DNA of 64,000 nucleotides from the human T2T-CHM13v2.0 reference genome, Homo sapiens. Below are positions 15,310-29,027 of this stretch, piece by piece. The position numbers and the translations under genes were made by a program. The DNA lies in assembly GCF_009914755.1 (NCBI RefSeq), contig NC_060927.1; one strand, given 5' to 3'. The notes beneath the pieces are model-generated. The model saw only the letters and a list, made by a program, of their open reading frames with translations, did no database searches and was not told where the DNA came from. Each line of letters starts with the position of its first letter. The first letter of the stretch is position 1.

Positions 15310-15429
15310 CCAAATTGCATATCCCTTTTTCCAACTGGTACCCAACCGGGCATTTGCAGATAAAGGATCCCTGAGTATTGTTGCACGTGGCTGTGGATGG
15401 GCAGGGGTTCGACAGGCACTCATTCACAT
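15310..15429 (-). CDS. HEG1: HEG1 exon 8 (120 nt), calcium-binding EGF domain 2
   Basis: ctacag|ATGTGA, TTGG|gtaaga; DVNEC...CNNTQGSFIC cbEGF signature. Confidence 0.96.
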
Positions 15430-16043
15430 CTGTAGAGGAGAAAAAAGAAGAACATCTTGCATCTGTAGCAAACAGCAAAACCATAACCCAGTGTAGTAAG
15501 TACTTACTAAGGGCCAAATGGTGCTAGGTGTGGTGAGACCCCAAAGGATAAGTATGAGAACACTCTTGCCCTCAAGGGGCTTGCCATCTATTGAGGGTGG
15601 AGGTGGCCACATAAACAACTAACTGTAAATACAAGACAAGATTTGCATATACGGGGGAAACAGCAAATTTTAATGGAGGGGAGAATTAAAGACTGTTTCA
15701 CATAACATCTGGACTACAACTGGAAGGACTTTAATCAATAGATTAGGGTGGCAGTGGGGGGATTCCAGCCTGAGGCATCAGCACAGTAAAGTCCAGGGGC
15801 AGGAATAGGGTACAGTGTGGCAGGAGTGTTGGGAACAGACACAGATCAGGAAGTCTGTCAGTCCCACACTACAGTTCCTGACATTCTCCTGCAGATCACA
15901 ACCTACAAACATGCTGACTCTCAAGTAAGCAGGGTATTAACTAAAACAGTGTAGTTGTCCACATTTTGGAGGAAAAAGGAGTTTATTGGGTAGCCCAACG
16001 TGGTACTGTGGTGCAGACCACTGGGCGTTACTTTTTCTCTTAC

Positions 16044-16160
16044 CCACACTGCAATCATCCCCTTGCCAGGAAGGCGGGCACCTGCAGTGGTAGCCACGGC
16101 TGGTGTTGTCTGCGACGCATTCGCCATTGTGAAGACAAGGGTTCACAGCACAGCTGTTGA
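16044..16160 (-). CDS. HEG1: HEG1 exon 7 (117 nt), EGF-like domain 1
   Basis: ttgtag|TCAACA, GTGG|gtaaga; six-Cys EGF CAVNPCLHNGEC...CRC...C. Confidence 0.96.
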
Positions 16161-18002
16161 CTACAAACACATTCCAGGAGTAAAGCAGTTAACCACACAG
16201 GAAATGTAAAGGCAGCTTTAGGTAAATATTTAATTCTCCCAGCTAATATTTGATTCTTGCTTATTTCTGTTTACTTGCCCTGAAAGGCCACATTACAAAA
16301 GTAAAATGGGTTTCCCAGAGGTGCATTGGGACTGGGTCCTGGTACTAGCTTGTGTCCAGATCTAAGTGTCAGACAATGGGATCCCTGAATGCAAGAACTG
16401 ATTGTAATCAAATGCTGCTTACAGGTCACTCCATTCAGGATTGATGATTATATTGCCTTTGTGACACTTAAGAAAATTCTACTTGAATCAATGCCAATTG
16501 AAAGCACACTTTAGGGGGGAAAAGGATCTCTGATCAACTCATTCCCCCGCTAGAAGATTTACTCTGTATACGTGTGTCTGTGTGTCTGTGCACACGTGCC
16601 CTGCCCTTTCTCTTGGGCTTTCTTTATCAAAATCATAGTATCCTTTACTCCAAAATCTCCAAATGTAACTCAGCCTCCACATATTGTGCCATATTTAGAA
16701 AATGATCAGAGTTGAGCAGCTATGTAATATGCTTCATACAGGTTTCTGACATACTTAGAGAAGCCGAAGCCTACAACATAACTGCATTGTCTGCAAAAAG
16801 GAAATCAGTGGTGGAATGAAAAAAAGAAGGTAAAAGTCAAGTCTTCACTCAAAAAAAAAAAATAGTAACCCTGAAAACAAATGAGCTAAACCTAAAGATG
16901 GTGTTCCTATCCTGTATTGCCATGTCAAGTGTTATCTAAAATCACCCATAGAAGCACAGCACTTATATAGCCAAACACTAACCCATGAACACTGGCACAA
17001 AAAATATAGTAACAGCCAGTGAATCTGCCCCTAATACTTGCCTACTGTTATCATCAGAATGGCTAATGGCTTTAAGGGAGACTTGTGAATTAGATTTCAT
17101 CTGGCACTGGAATATATGTGGCCTCTGAAACTGAAGGCTATAGGCCTTGAAGCAAGGCTCCCAAACTTCCCTGGAGAAACAGCCACCTTTCATTTCCCAG
17201 AGGTGCTCAGATCACTGATACAAAGGGGCACTGTGGGGCTTGGCATGGGGGTGGTTTGCTTATGAGCCTCCAGCCCAGGTTGATTGTGGCTGACAGGTTG
17301 GAACTGTGCTGCTCCCTGAGCTTTCTGCTCCAGCCACTACAAAGCATCATCTCTTCTTTCCTTCTTCCCTAAGACGCCAGTTTCCATTTCACTCCTCCAA
17401 CAGCAGTTTTCCTTTCCCATGTCTGGACAAGCCAGAAGTGTAACTTTGAACATGACATGAAAAGCTGCATCATCCTACTTCCTTCTACCGTTCCTTAAAT
17501 GACAAAGGATCATTTGGCTGGCTTTACTTTCCTGGTACCAGCAACTTCAACGTGGCTACAAAAACAACCCTAAGTGTGATGTAAAGGAGCTCTGGCCGTG
17601 CGGTCACTGTGGGAAAAGGTTAGTTCACCATCTTTTCATTTACATGTCTCCCCACTCCCATTTATCAACTAGCCACACACTCTTTGGGAGACAAAGGAGC
17701 TTGGGCTTCCCTGGATCAAGAGAAGCCCAGTGACGCCAAGAAGCTCCCTGGTGACTGGGGAGCCCCTGACTCAGAGACTCTGGGATCTGATCCAGACGCA
17801 GATACCCAGTTGATCCCTGTGTCAGCCAGGCCACCTAAGCTTCTTTACTTGAGTTTCTCCACCCTACAATCCTGCATCACTGCCCTCCTCTGACCTCTGA
17901 GGAGTTAACGGCATGCTTGAAAAGCTCTTACAACTACAGGGCACTAAAAGCTGCAATTGTACCATCTACTAATGTGACACATGGCCAATGCATCCTTTCC
18001 TC

Positions 18003-18008
18003 TTTATT
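18003..18008 (-). terminator. Candidate intronic polyadenylation signal AATAAA
   Basis: tttatt on plus strand ~137 nt after the read-through stop codon. Confidence 0.5.
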
Positions 18009-18144
18009 CAGGAAGCATTATACAACACAGGGGTGAGAAAATTAGGCCCACCCATGACCTTCTTTTACACTTTAAGTGTTTCAATAGGAAGCATTTTAGG
18101 TCGCAAAACAGAAGCTATTTCAAATGCCAGCCATTTCTACAAAT

Positions 18145-18227
18145 TCACATGAACCCCGAGCCCCATGTAGCTCTCAGTGCTGGACTGGGCCTTGCAGTTA
18201 ACATGTGCTTGTGTGACTGTGTTTTAC
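18145..18227 (-). CDS. HEG1: In-frame read-through of exon 6 (GKTQSHKHMLTARPSPALRATWGSGFM-stop): alternative terminal segment
   Basis: ORF continues past the donor to a stop at 18145; AATAAA on the minus strand at 18003-18008; matches my recollection of a short annotated HEG1 isoform. Confidence 0.6.
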
Positions 18228-19595
18228 CTGAGGCTGAAGAGGACAGTGTTGTTGGTGACTGTGTGCTGCTCTGAACAGCAAAGGTGGCAGATTTGGGAGC
18301 CAAGTCTTCAGCCGTGGAAACAACTGTGGTTTGGGGAGAAGGAGATGTTCCGAGGGAACGTGAAGCTGGGCTGTACTCTGCTGTAACGCCAAGCTTTGTG
18401 GTCATTTCTTTTGCTGATGTGGGTACACTGGTCAAAGGGATCAATCCAGTGGTAGCATCCACAATCACTCGGTTCCTTTCTGTGCTGATGCCACCTTCTG
18501 TTGAGATTTGAGGAACTAGTATTTCAGGATGGGTCAGCGAGAGCTGTTTTCCAGCTGTAGTCTGTACGGCTATAGGGCCAGTGACCAGAGATGCTGTGCT
18601 TGACAGGGTGCCAGGAGTGGTCATAAGAGGCTGAGAGGTCTTCAGAATGGTAGTTGTGAAAGTTGGAGACATTTGTGCTAAGTTGGTGCTTGTGGCTGGA
18701 AGGGTTTGCTCTGTGGAGGACTCTGTTAAGGATGGAGGCAAAGGAGAGTTTGTTGTTACAGCTTTGGTGGACTCTGTGGGCAGAGACACCAGGCTTGGTG
18801 ACTTTGATTCTGTAATGACTTTCTCTTGGTGTGGGGTGCTCTGGCTCTTAAGGTCTGCAGTTTGACTACTATGGAGCATTGTCATGAATGATGTCATTGT
18901 TGATGTCTGAAATGAAGTCACAGGAGTCTCCCTTGCCCTGGGCAGGACAGGGGTAGAAGATGACTGTGGCAAGGTTGTTTGTGAGACAGAAAGTGGGGCA
19001 GATGTAGATGTCGTTAAGGATACTGGTAAAGGTGATGGTGAGGAAGACCATGGTGTGGATGCATCAGAGGTAGACTTTAGTAGATGCACAGAGGCCCTGG
19101 TTGATGGTAAAATTGATGAAAATAAATGGTGGGATTGTGACACAGAGGGCAGAGGCAAAGGAGGCCCTGAAGAAGAAGAAGAGGAGGAGGAGGAAGAGGA
19201 GGAGGAGGAGTCACTAACAAACTCAGCATCAGTGTCCAGAACAACCGAAGTGTTCGGCATATTAATGGTGGGTGTGTAGGACGGAAGGTTGGATGTATGC
19301 AGAACTGGCGACTCAGTAGAAGGCTGAGCATATTCCCCGTCATAGGATGAGATGTTACTTCTCTCAGTCTGAGCATGAGAAAAGGAGGAATACTCTGAAT
19401 GTGAAGAGTTTGAGATTTTAATATAAGAAGTTGAGCTCTCCACAATGTCTGAGGATGAACTGTTATCTGTAATGGACAGTAACGCCCGTTCTCCTTTGGT
19501 GAAAGTAGATGACAGGTAGGTGTGGTCTGTGTGGTCGCTGGAAGTCCTTTGTTCAATAGCTGTGCCACGCACTTGACCGTAGCTAATCCCAGCGA
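18228..19595 (-). CDS. HEG1: HEG1 exon 6 (1368 nt, large Ser/Thr/Pro mucin exon)
   Basis: ttacag|TCGCTG acceptor, TCAG|gtaaaa donor; inside the 489-aa ORF 18145-19614. Confidence 0.96.
19168..19209 (-). repeat. Coding (TCC/TCT)n repeat encoding Ser14 in exon 6
   Basis: 14 consecutive Ser codons counted. Confidence 0.95.
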
Positions 19596-20317
19596 CTGTA
19601 AAAGGAAAAGCCAAAGTTAGGTCAAATAAAAGAACAACAAAACTCTGAAATATGCACTATCAAACAGACTTTCAGTGTCATGAAACTCAATGAATTCAAG
19701 TGGGTGAAACACTTGCTTTGGAGAGGTGGTTTTCAATGGTGAGCACTCTGAATAAAGACATTGTGGGCAGGCAGGAGTGGTCAGTGTCTCCTCTGAGCAG
19801 ACTGACCTCCTGAGAGAAGCAGTGGTAGCGGCAGTGGAAATGGTAACAAAAGAGAAGTGGGGACTAAGGGTCTAAAAATGGAGAGGAGTTGCAAATTTCC
19901 TCCACATGCCTTTTTCGATAAAAGCAAACTGGTATCTGAAAAGCTCTTAAGACCCCAAATAGAATAACTGTTATGCCTAAATGAAAAAAGGAAAATCTTC
20001 CCAACTTTCCATTCTATAGAATGAGATATTTCTTTCCCAGGAGATTGACCTTAGCCACAAGTGGTTGGTCTCTTATTTTAAGTCTCCCAGCAAACACTAT
20101 CCCAAATTCCTTAGGTGAGTGTGTGTGGAGGGCTGGGGGTGGGAACTGGGGAGGGGTATTCACCTTCCTGAGGTGGGAGAATCTAGAAAGTTCTCTCCAT
20201 AAAGAGCTTGTAAGGCACTTTCTGGCTTGACAGCTAACTGAATCATCCCAGGACTGTGAGTAAATTAATAGATGAGCTGAAGGGATGTGTTAAAAGAGAC
20301 TGTGGAAGACACCCCAC

Positions 20318-20617
20318 CTCCGAGTGCACTGGAGGCGGCCAGTGACCGTGAGACCAGGCCCATGTCGTCCGTCACGTTTACGTGCAGAGAGGCACCCTCT
20401 GTTTCTTGGGGCATGGCCGCTGCAGGGCTGCCTGCTTCCCCAGAAGTCGTGCTCATGCTGGTGTTGGTGAGGGTGACAGACCGCAGTGTGCGTTCCCCGT
20501 TTCCAGTGACAGTAGCCAAGGTGTGGGTGCCGAGAGAGGGCACCCCAGAAGTCCTGTCCTCTGCATTGGCGGAACTGTCACCTAGTGCTTGGCCTGGCTC
20601 TCGGCTGTCTTCCAAGG
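20318..20617 (-). CDS. HEG1: HEG1 alternative cassette exon '5b' (300 nt, phase 1-1, +100 aa Ser/Thr-rich)
   Basis: Pyrimidine tract + ttttag|CCTTGG acceptor, weak GGAG|gtgggg donor; open frame TLEDSREPGQ...ASSALG; shares the GERTLRS motif with exon 4/6; absent from the 1381-aa canonical protein as I recall it. Confidence 0.82.
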
Positions 20618-22664
20618 CTAAAAGTAGAGTGAAAGAGGATGGCTGAAAAATGCAGGGCTGGAGCGACAGGATCGTGCCCCAAGCCTCACTTCCTGGGCTG
20701 TGGGAGCCAAGACGCTCCCCTGTACTTTTAGGGTCTTTATCTGAGATGTCTGTTGCCCTTGCAAACATGGCTCAGTGATTGAAACCTCAAGAGGAACTGT
20801 GGATCAGCACAACTGTTCAGGCACCCTGGATTTATAGGAGGGTATATTACTTTAGCAAATAGGATCGATACTAGATTTCTGCTCAGTGATACATAATAAA
20901 TAGAGTTTATGTCAGAGAAATTGGTAGTGGTGGTGAGGAGGTAAACAGTTGGTGAAAGACTAATAATCCTACTGGGGCTTCAGACATTTGCACAAGGCCC
21001 AGAAGGGAGGCCATAGTCCTCCTTGGAAGGCTCTTCCTCCCGGAAGGACCAGGAATACATGAATGGCCACAAGGCCAGTCATTACATGGCATTAGTACAA
21101 TGGCAAAGAAACAGCCTGAGGTGGGGGGTGAAAGGTGGGCTTGTTTTTTTGTCTTCTTTTATTTTTTAAAATGCATGTGTTTTATTCTATTGATGGGGAT
21201 GGAAGAGGGCAGACGACACATGAATAAATGTCTGTTTCATTCTCTTTTGGGTATGTGTTTATGCTACAAACCTAAAGGGTCTTAGAACTAATTTTAGATT
21301 GTTAGATTATCAGATAAACCCTTCTCTTCAGAAATGATGAAAATGAGGTCCAATTCTCCTTGGCCTAAATCCTTCCTAATCTGGCTGTACAAAAAGAAAA
21401 AAAAAAACAAAAAACAAAAAACAGGCTCTTTTCTGGTTCTTATTCACATTCCCAGCCCAGACTGGCTGTCAGTACGCCATGGCCATGCTTTGATGGAAAA
21501 CAGTGTAAAGCTGAGTGTTGGCTAAATTCATTTTGGGATAGGTTTGAATTGACAGAGACAGGAATGAGCATGGGCCACGAGCATCACTGAGAAAGCCAGA
21601 AGCCAGACAGAGATGCGACTCAAGCCAGTCTGAAGGGCTCAAGACCTGTGGAGAGCCAACCAGGAGAGGCGCAAGAGCAGGATCTAAGTACGATTTCTCT
21701 GGGCAAAGAGAAAAAGGTCTTGGATGGGGAGATCCTAAACTCTCTGTTAAATGAAATTTAGGCCAATGACCACATCAGGGTTACAGGCTTAACAAAGTAG
21801 AGAGAGAGTCAGACATGAAATGGAGACTCTGAATGCAGAAAAGGGAGCGGGCCAAGAACTCTAAAAGGCCGGAGTGCAGAACCCCGCCAGCTTTGGGTGA
21901 CTCTGAGGGAAAAAGATACAGTATTGTGTTAACCCACAGTGAGATGGTTTCAGGAATGTGGCTACTTTCTATCTAGCTCTTTATAAATGAACTCCAAGAT
22001 CTGATCACACTGAAATCATATGTTCCTCATGAACCAACTGAGCATTAATTGCAGAGAAGCGGGTACTGAAGAGATGTAAAAGAGAAAGGCTATGAAACTC
22101 AAGATCCTGGTTTGAGAAGGTAGAAGTCCTGACCCCCACAGTAGTGAGGGTGAAAAATGATTCCTTTTGCTTAGGACATAGATAATGTGTTTTCCAGGCA
22201 CAAACATAAAAGAGCATAAATATCCCCCGCTCGTGTGTGTGGTATTCTTTCATGATAAGCATATGCTTTTCCACATCACGTGAGTACTAATAAATGCTAA
22301 TCTTCCTCATCAATTAGGATTCTTATATGGGGGAAATGAAGCTATAACTAGTGATGGAGAAGTAAGAATTTAAACCTATTCAAAGCTTAAATGATCAGCT
22401 AATACATTTTTGCTTTAGTCAGAATATACTTTACATTGATAACAGACTGTGAGAATTGTTTTAAAAAATTATCCCTAAGCATTATTAAAAAGAAACATCA
22501 AAAGAAAAATTTTCTCAAATTGACAAATTGGACTTCTTCAAATTTAAAAACTTTTGTGCTACAAATGATTCCATCAAGAAAGAGAAAAGACAACCCACAG
22601 AATAGGAGAAATGTCTGCAAATTATATATTTGATAAAGGACTGTATCCAAAATATGCAAAGAAC

Positions 22665-22959
<295 letters not shown>

Positions 22960-23342
22960 TAAAGAACTCTTACAATTTAATAATAAAAAGTCAAATAACC
23001 CAATTTTAATAGTCAAAAGATTGGACTAGACATATTCAAAGAAGATATACAAGTGGCCAATAAGCACATGAAAAGATGCTCAGCATTATTAGTCAACTGG
23101 AAAATACAAGTCAAAACCACAATGAGATGCCTTCACCCCCACTCAGATGGCTATAATCAGAAAAGATGGATAATTACAAGTGTTGGTGAAGATGTAGCAA
23201 CATCAGAACACTTGTACACAGCTGGTGGGAATATAAAATGATGCAGCCACTTTGGAAAAGAGTTCGGCAGTTCCTCAGAAGGTTAAAAATAGAGCAGCCA
23301 CAGCCACATAACCTGGCCATTCCTAAATAATTGAAAATTTAT

Positions 23343-23700
<358 letters not shown>

Positions 23701-24402
23701 TTATTCATAATAGCCAAAAGGTGGGAACAACCCAAACATCCATCAATTGATGACAATTGATAAACAAAGTGTGGTATATCCCTGCTACGGCATATTATTA
23801 AGCCACGAAAAGGAACGAAGTTGTGATACAACGTGGATGAACCTTGAAAACATGACACTAAGGGAAAGACACAAAGGACCACATATTGTATGATTTCATT
23901 TATAGGAAATGTCTAAAATGGACAAATCTACAGAGACAGAAAGCACAGGAGTGATTGCCAGGGGCTGGGAGGAGGGGAGAATGGGAGTTGACTGCTGATG
24001 AGTTTGGAGTTTCTTTGTGGGGTGATGGAAATGCTCTGGAATTAGACAGTGGTGATGCTGCACAGCTTTGTGACTACACTAAAAATCACTGAATTGTGTG
24101 CTTTAAATGGGCAAATACTATGGAATATGAAATATACCTCAATAAAGCTGGTTTTTAAAAAACAGAGAATTTATTTGGATGAATGCCCCGACAACTACTA
24201 ACGAGAAGGTGATATTTTCACCTTCCAGAAGCTCTGTGACTGAGGCAGGTATGGAGTTATGGGTTGGCTACAGGGAATGAGAGGATGTGGACAGAGAAGT
24301 CCCTGAGCTGTGTGTGGGAAGAGGAAGTGGCAAGAACAGCTTCTCAGAGATGTACCAGAAAAAACTGGGGGATATATAGGTGTATCTGTATCAACCAGCT
24401 AG

Positions 24403-24847
<445 letters not shown>

Positions 24848-24865
24848 TGAAATGGAAAAACTCAC

Positions 24866-25201
24866 TTGAACGTTCTCCACGTGGTGCTGATGAATTCAAG
24901 CTTTCCGAGGAAGATGTAGATGAAGACTCTGAATAACTCCTATCTCCCAATGCTGTGTGACTTCCTCCAGACTGTACAGTAGAGTCTGAGAACTGGGTCA
25001 ACACTGAAGCATTCACACCTTCAGGATATGAAGCAGAGCTTCCTGTCACATCTGCAGATGTTGTGCTGTTGGTCAAGAGCCAGTGTGCAGTGATCTCTCC
25101 ACCTCTCATGGGTGCGACTGACCTAGACACAGTCTCAGTCTGAGACATGGGACTTCCATTTTGCACCTCAGAGCTGCTGGCAAGCTGATGTTCTCCAAAG
25201 G
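24866..25201 (-). CDS. HEG1: HEG1 exon 5 (336 nt, phase 1-1)
   Basis: ttacag|CCTTTG acceptor, TCAA|gtgagt donor; FGEHQLASS...PRGERS. Confidence 0.95.
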
Positions 25202-25748
25202 CTGTAAGGTAATATAGGAAAAAAAGGCCATTACATAGGTATGAAAGAGATCCCTTGGCAACTAAGAAGTGAGACCTCTCTAGGGAAAGATTCTTTGCCA
25301 AGGAACCTGGTATAGTGTTTATTAAATGTATTATGCACTATCATATTCTAAATAATTATTTCAAAACTCTTGGGTGGCAGCAAGAGAGTAATACAAAAAA
25401 ATATAACTTGTTGAACAGGGGACCTTTGAAATAGCATGTGCAAGTAGCAAAGTAACCTATAGGCTTGAGTGTTTCATTCTCTTTCCCATAAAAAGTGTTC
25501 GAGAGAGTGAGTGTGTGGTTATGTACAACAAATACAATGCAAATAAATATAGCACAGTCAGAGCACTTTCCTAAAACAGTTCTCATATGAATAAAGGTTA
25601 TTCTAAATACCAAAGTATAGCAAAAACAAAAATCAATTATAAGGATTAAGCCAAACCACGAATTTGGGAATAATATTTATATCTGCACATTTATGCAGAA
25701 AGATGATCTGTACACAAAATAACTGAAGCTAGTTTGAAGAGTGGGCCA

Positions 25749-26128
<380 letters not shown>

Positions 26129-26395
26129 TCAACTCTACTGAGTGAGCTAAATGGCCAGGCACCCATTACTTAAACACTCAGAGCCGTAGTTTTCTCATCT
26201 ATAAGAAAGCAGGAGGAATGACACCTGTCTGACTAACTTCACAATGTTCTCATAAGAGTGACCATCAAAATGCAATAGTGCCATTAAAAAGCACACTTTT
26301 CTCTGGAGATTACAAATGGTCTTGAAGAGGTCCCCTAAGAAAATTCAATGATTTACAAATGTCCCTAATAGATCAAGTAAAGATGGAATACTTAC

Positions 26396-26734
26396 TTGGG
26401 GAATCATTTTGCCAACGCAAAGACGTAAGTCCAAATTCATTTTCTGTGGATGGTTCAATGAATTCCTCATCCCCTGGATTCCCAGTTACTCTACTGTTTC
26501 TTCTCGATTCCACTGCAGAGGGTGAAAGAAGGACTGAGGATGAAGTCGTGGCAATTCTGGAGTCCTTGGGGAAGCCTTCTGTCTTGCTCACAGGTCCCAG
26601 ACTGACCGTCAAAGATCGCAGCGTTCTCGGGCCACCATCAGTGAACACGGTAGCAACATGCATTGTCTTTGTTTGACTGACTGAGGAGCTCTGGAGGCCA
26701 GTGGAGTTGTTAAGCTTCTCTGTACTTTCAGAAG
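26396..26734 (-). CDS. HEG1: HEG1 exon 4 (339 nt, phase 1-1)
   Basis: ttgtag|CTTCTG acceptor, CCAA|gtaagt donor; SESTEKLNN...WQNDSP. Confidence 0.95.
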
Positions 26735-27995
26735 CTACAATGGAAAAAGATATGCTTCAAAATTACTCAGGAGTTTAAGAAAATCCGGACTATATTCGAG
26801 ATACAAATGACGTTTCTTACATTTTGGTGGATACATCTAAATACCATGGACCTAATATAGATACAAACATATCTATACACACGCATGCTACCAGGACACA
26901 TGCCTGCACTCTCCCCTTACTAGGTCTAATCCTCACAGAGGAAGGTGGAGAACACCGAGATCCCTCACCAGGCACAATGAGAAGCTTATACGTTGTTTGC
27001 ATTATTTGTTTTTTAAAGAGAAAGATGAAAATGTCTGCTGAATTCTACATTACAGCTTAAACAGGACTGGCCACTGTGATAAGGTTTTTGTTATTTTGTT
27101 CTGCTTTGTTTTAGCAATGTAACCTTTTTGTTCAAATGCTATTATTGATTAAAATCTCATAATATAAAATGAATAAAAGTGAAGCTGCTGCAAGGTGCCC
27201 CACCCCAGGTCACTATTGAGGAGGCCGAGGGTTTTGCAGAACACAGCTGGGACACTCATGGCCTAGAGCAGTAATTCCTAGGCTTGTCACCATCAAGGGT
27301 TCTTTATTTTTCCCTACCTCATGGCCACCATAAGCCCTATGTTTTGAAAGACTATTAACCAAACTGCATTTATTAAGTAACAGAATTTCTAACCAGCAGG
27401 AAATACTTATTATTACCCCACAAATTTAATTCCACCCAAAAGCAAACAGGCTTCATTATCATACTTTGCCCCATTAAGCTTTAGAGACCAGCTCTCAAAT
27501 CTGCATACTACTCCAATGGGCCCCTCAGAGATCAAGGACTCCAGGAGCATTTGCTCTAATAGATGGATGGCTGCCATGGGGAAACTGTCAAGAGCCTCAA
27601 GGAGTGAATCAGACGCTATTGGTCAAAAGGTGTAGTCTGCTCCACATAAGTACGGGTGTCTCCTTTCCACAAATAACTTTCCAAAGGATGCCCTGAGAAC
27701 TGACCTCCAGAAAGGTCTATTAAAATCTTCATTCCAAACGGGAATAAACTGCAGGAAAGCTTAGGGAATGGAAAGAAACATGGTGGGTAAGACTAAAGTC
27801 ACAAAAAGAGAGTGTTTTTCTTCTTTTTAGACTAAAAATAATAAAAAGTACTCTACACTTATATAATAAAAGGCTTTGAGCTGTTAATTATGGCCTAGAA
27901 AAGGGAAAAAGGAAGTTGTCATTACAAACATTTCCTTGAAGACCAGTCCTATGTGCAGTTGTGAGCAAAACCACAAATAAATTTTAAGTATCACT

Positions 27996-28000
<5 letters not shown>

Positions 28001-28033
<33 letters not shown>
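28001..28033. repeat. (GA)n microsatellite
   Basis: Directly visible. Confidence 0.95.
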
Positions 28034-28034
<1 letters not shown>

Positions 28035-28499
28035 AAGCATGGGAAACAAAAAGGTTCCTCTCATTCTTGTGCAAAACCATAAAACCAGCTATATCCAGAA
28101 CACAGCCGGCAGCTCTGGTCACCCCACCTTAATGGAGACAAAATGAAGATGCAGGCAATCTATAAAACTAGTAATGGAAACAAGAAACAGAAAGACCTGG
28201 ACACAAAAATAGAGTCCCAGACCACCAAAACCCACCTCTACTTAAAAACATAAACCAAACCAAACAAAACAAACAAAACACACTTCAGTATTAAAAAAAA
28301 AAAAAGAAAGAAAAAAAAAGAAAGCATTATAGATATGCCCCAAATCCTCACTCAACCATGTGACTTCTCAGCCCTAACTTCATTAGAGTCATCATTTATA
28401 TCCACCAAATTACAGCCTCATTAGCTTGCTAGAGGTTCTTTCAAAACACTTTTATTCCCAGGATACTGCATTAATTTCATCCATTCAACATTCCCATCA

Positions 28500-29027
<528 letters not shown>

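Noticed and set aside
19055-19279. Plus-strand ORF with poly-Glu
   Set aside because: Antisense reading of the exon 6 poly-Ser repeat.
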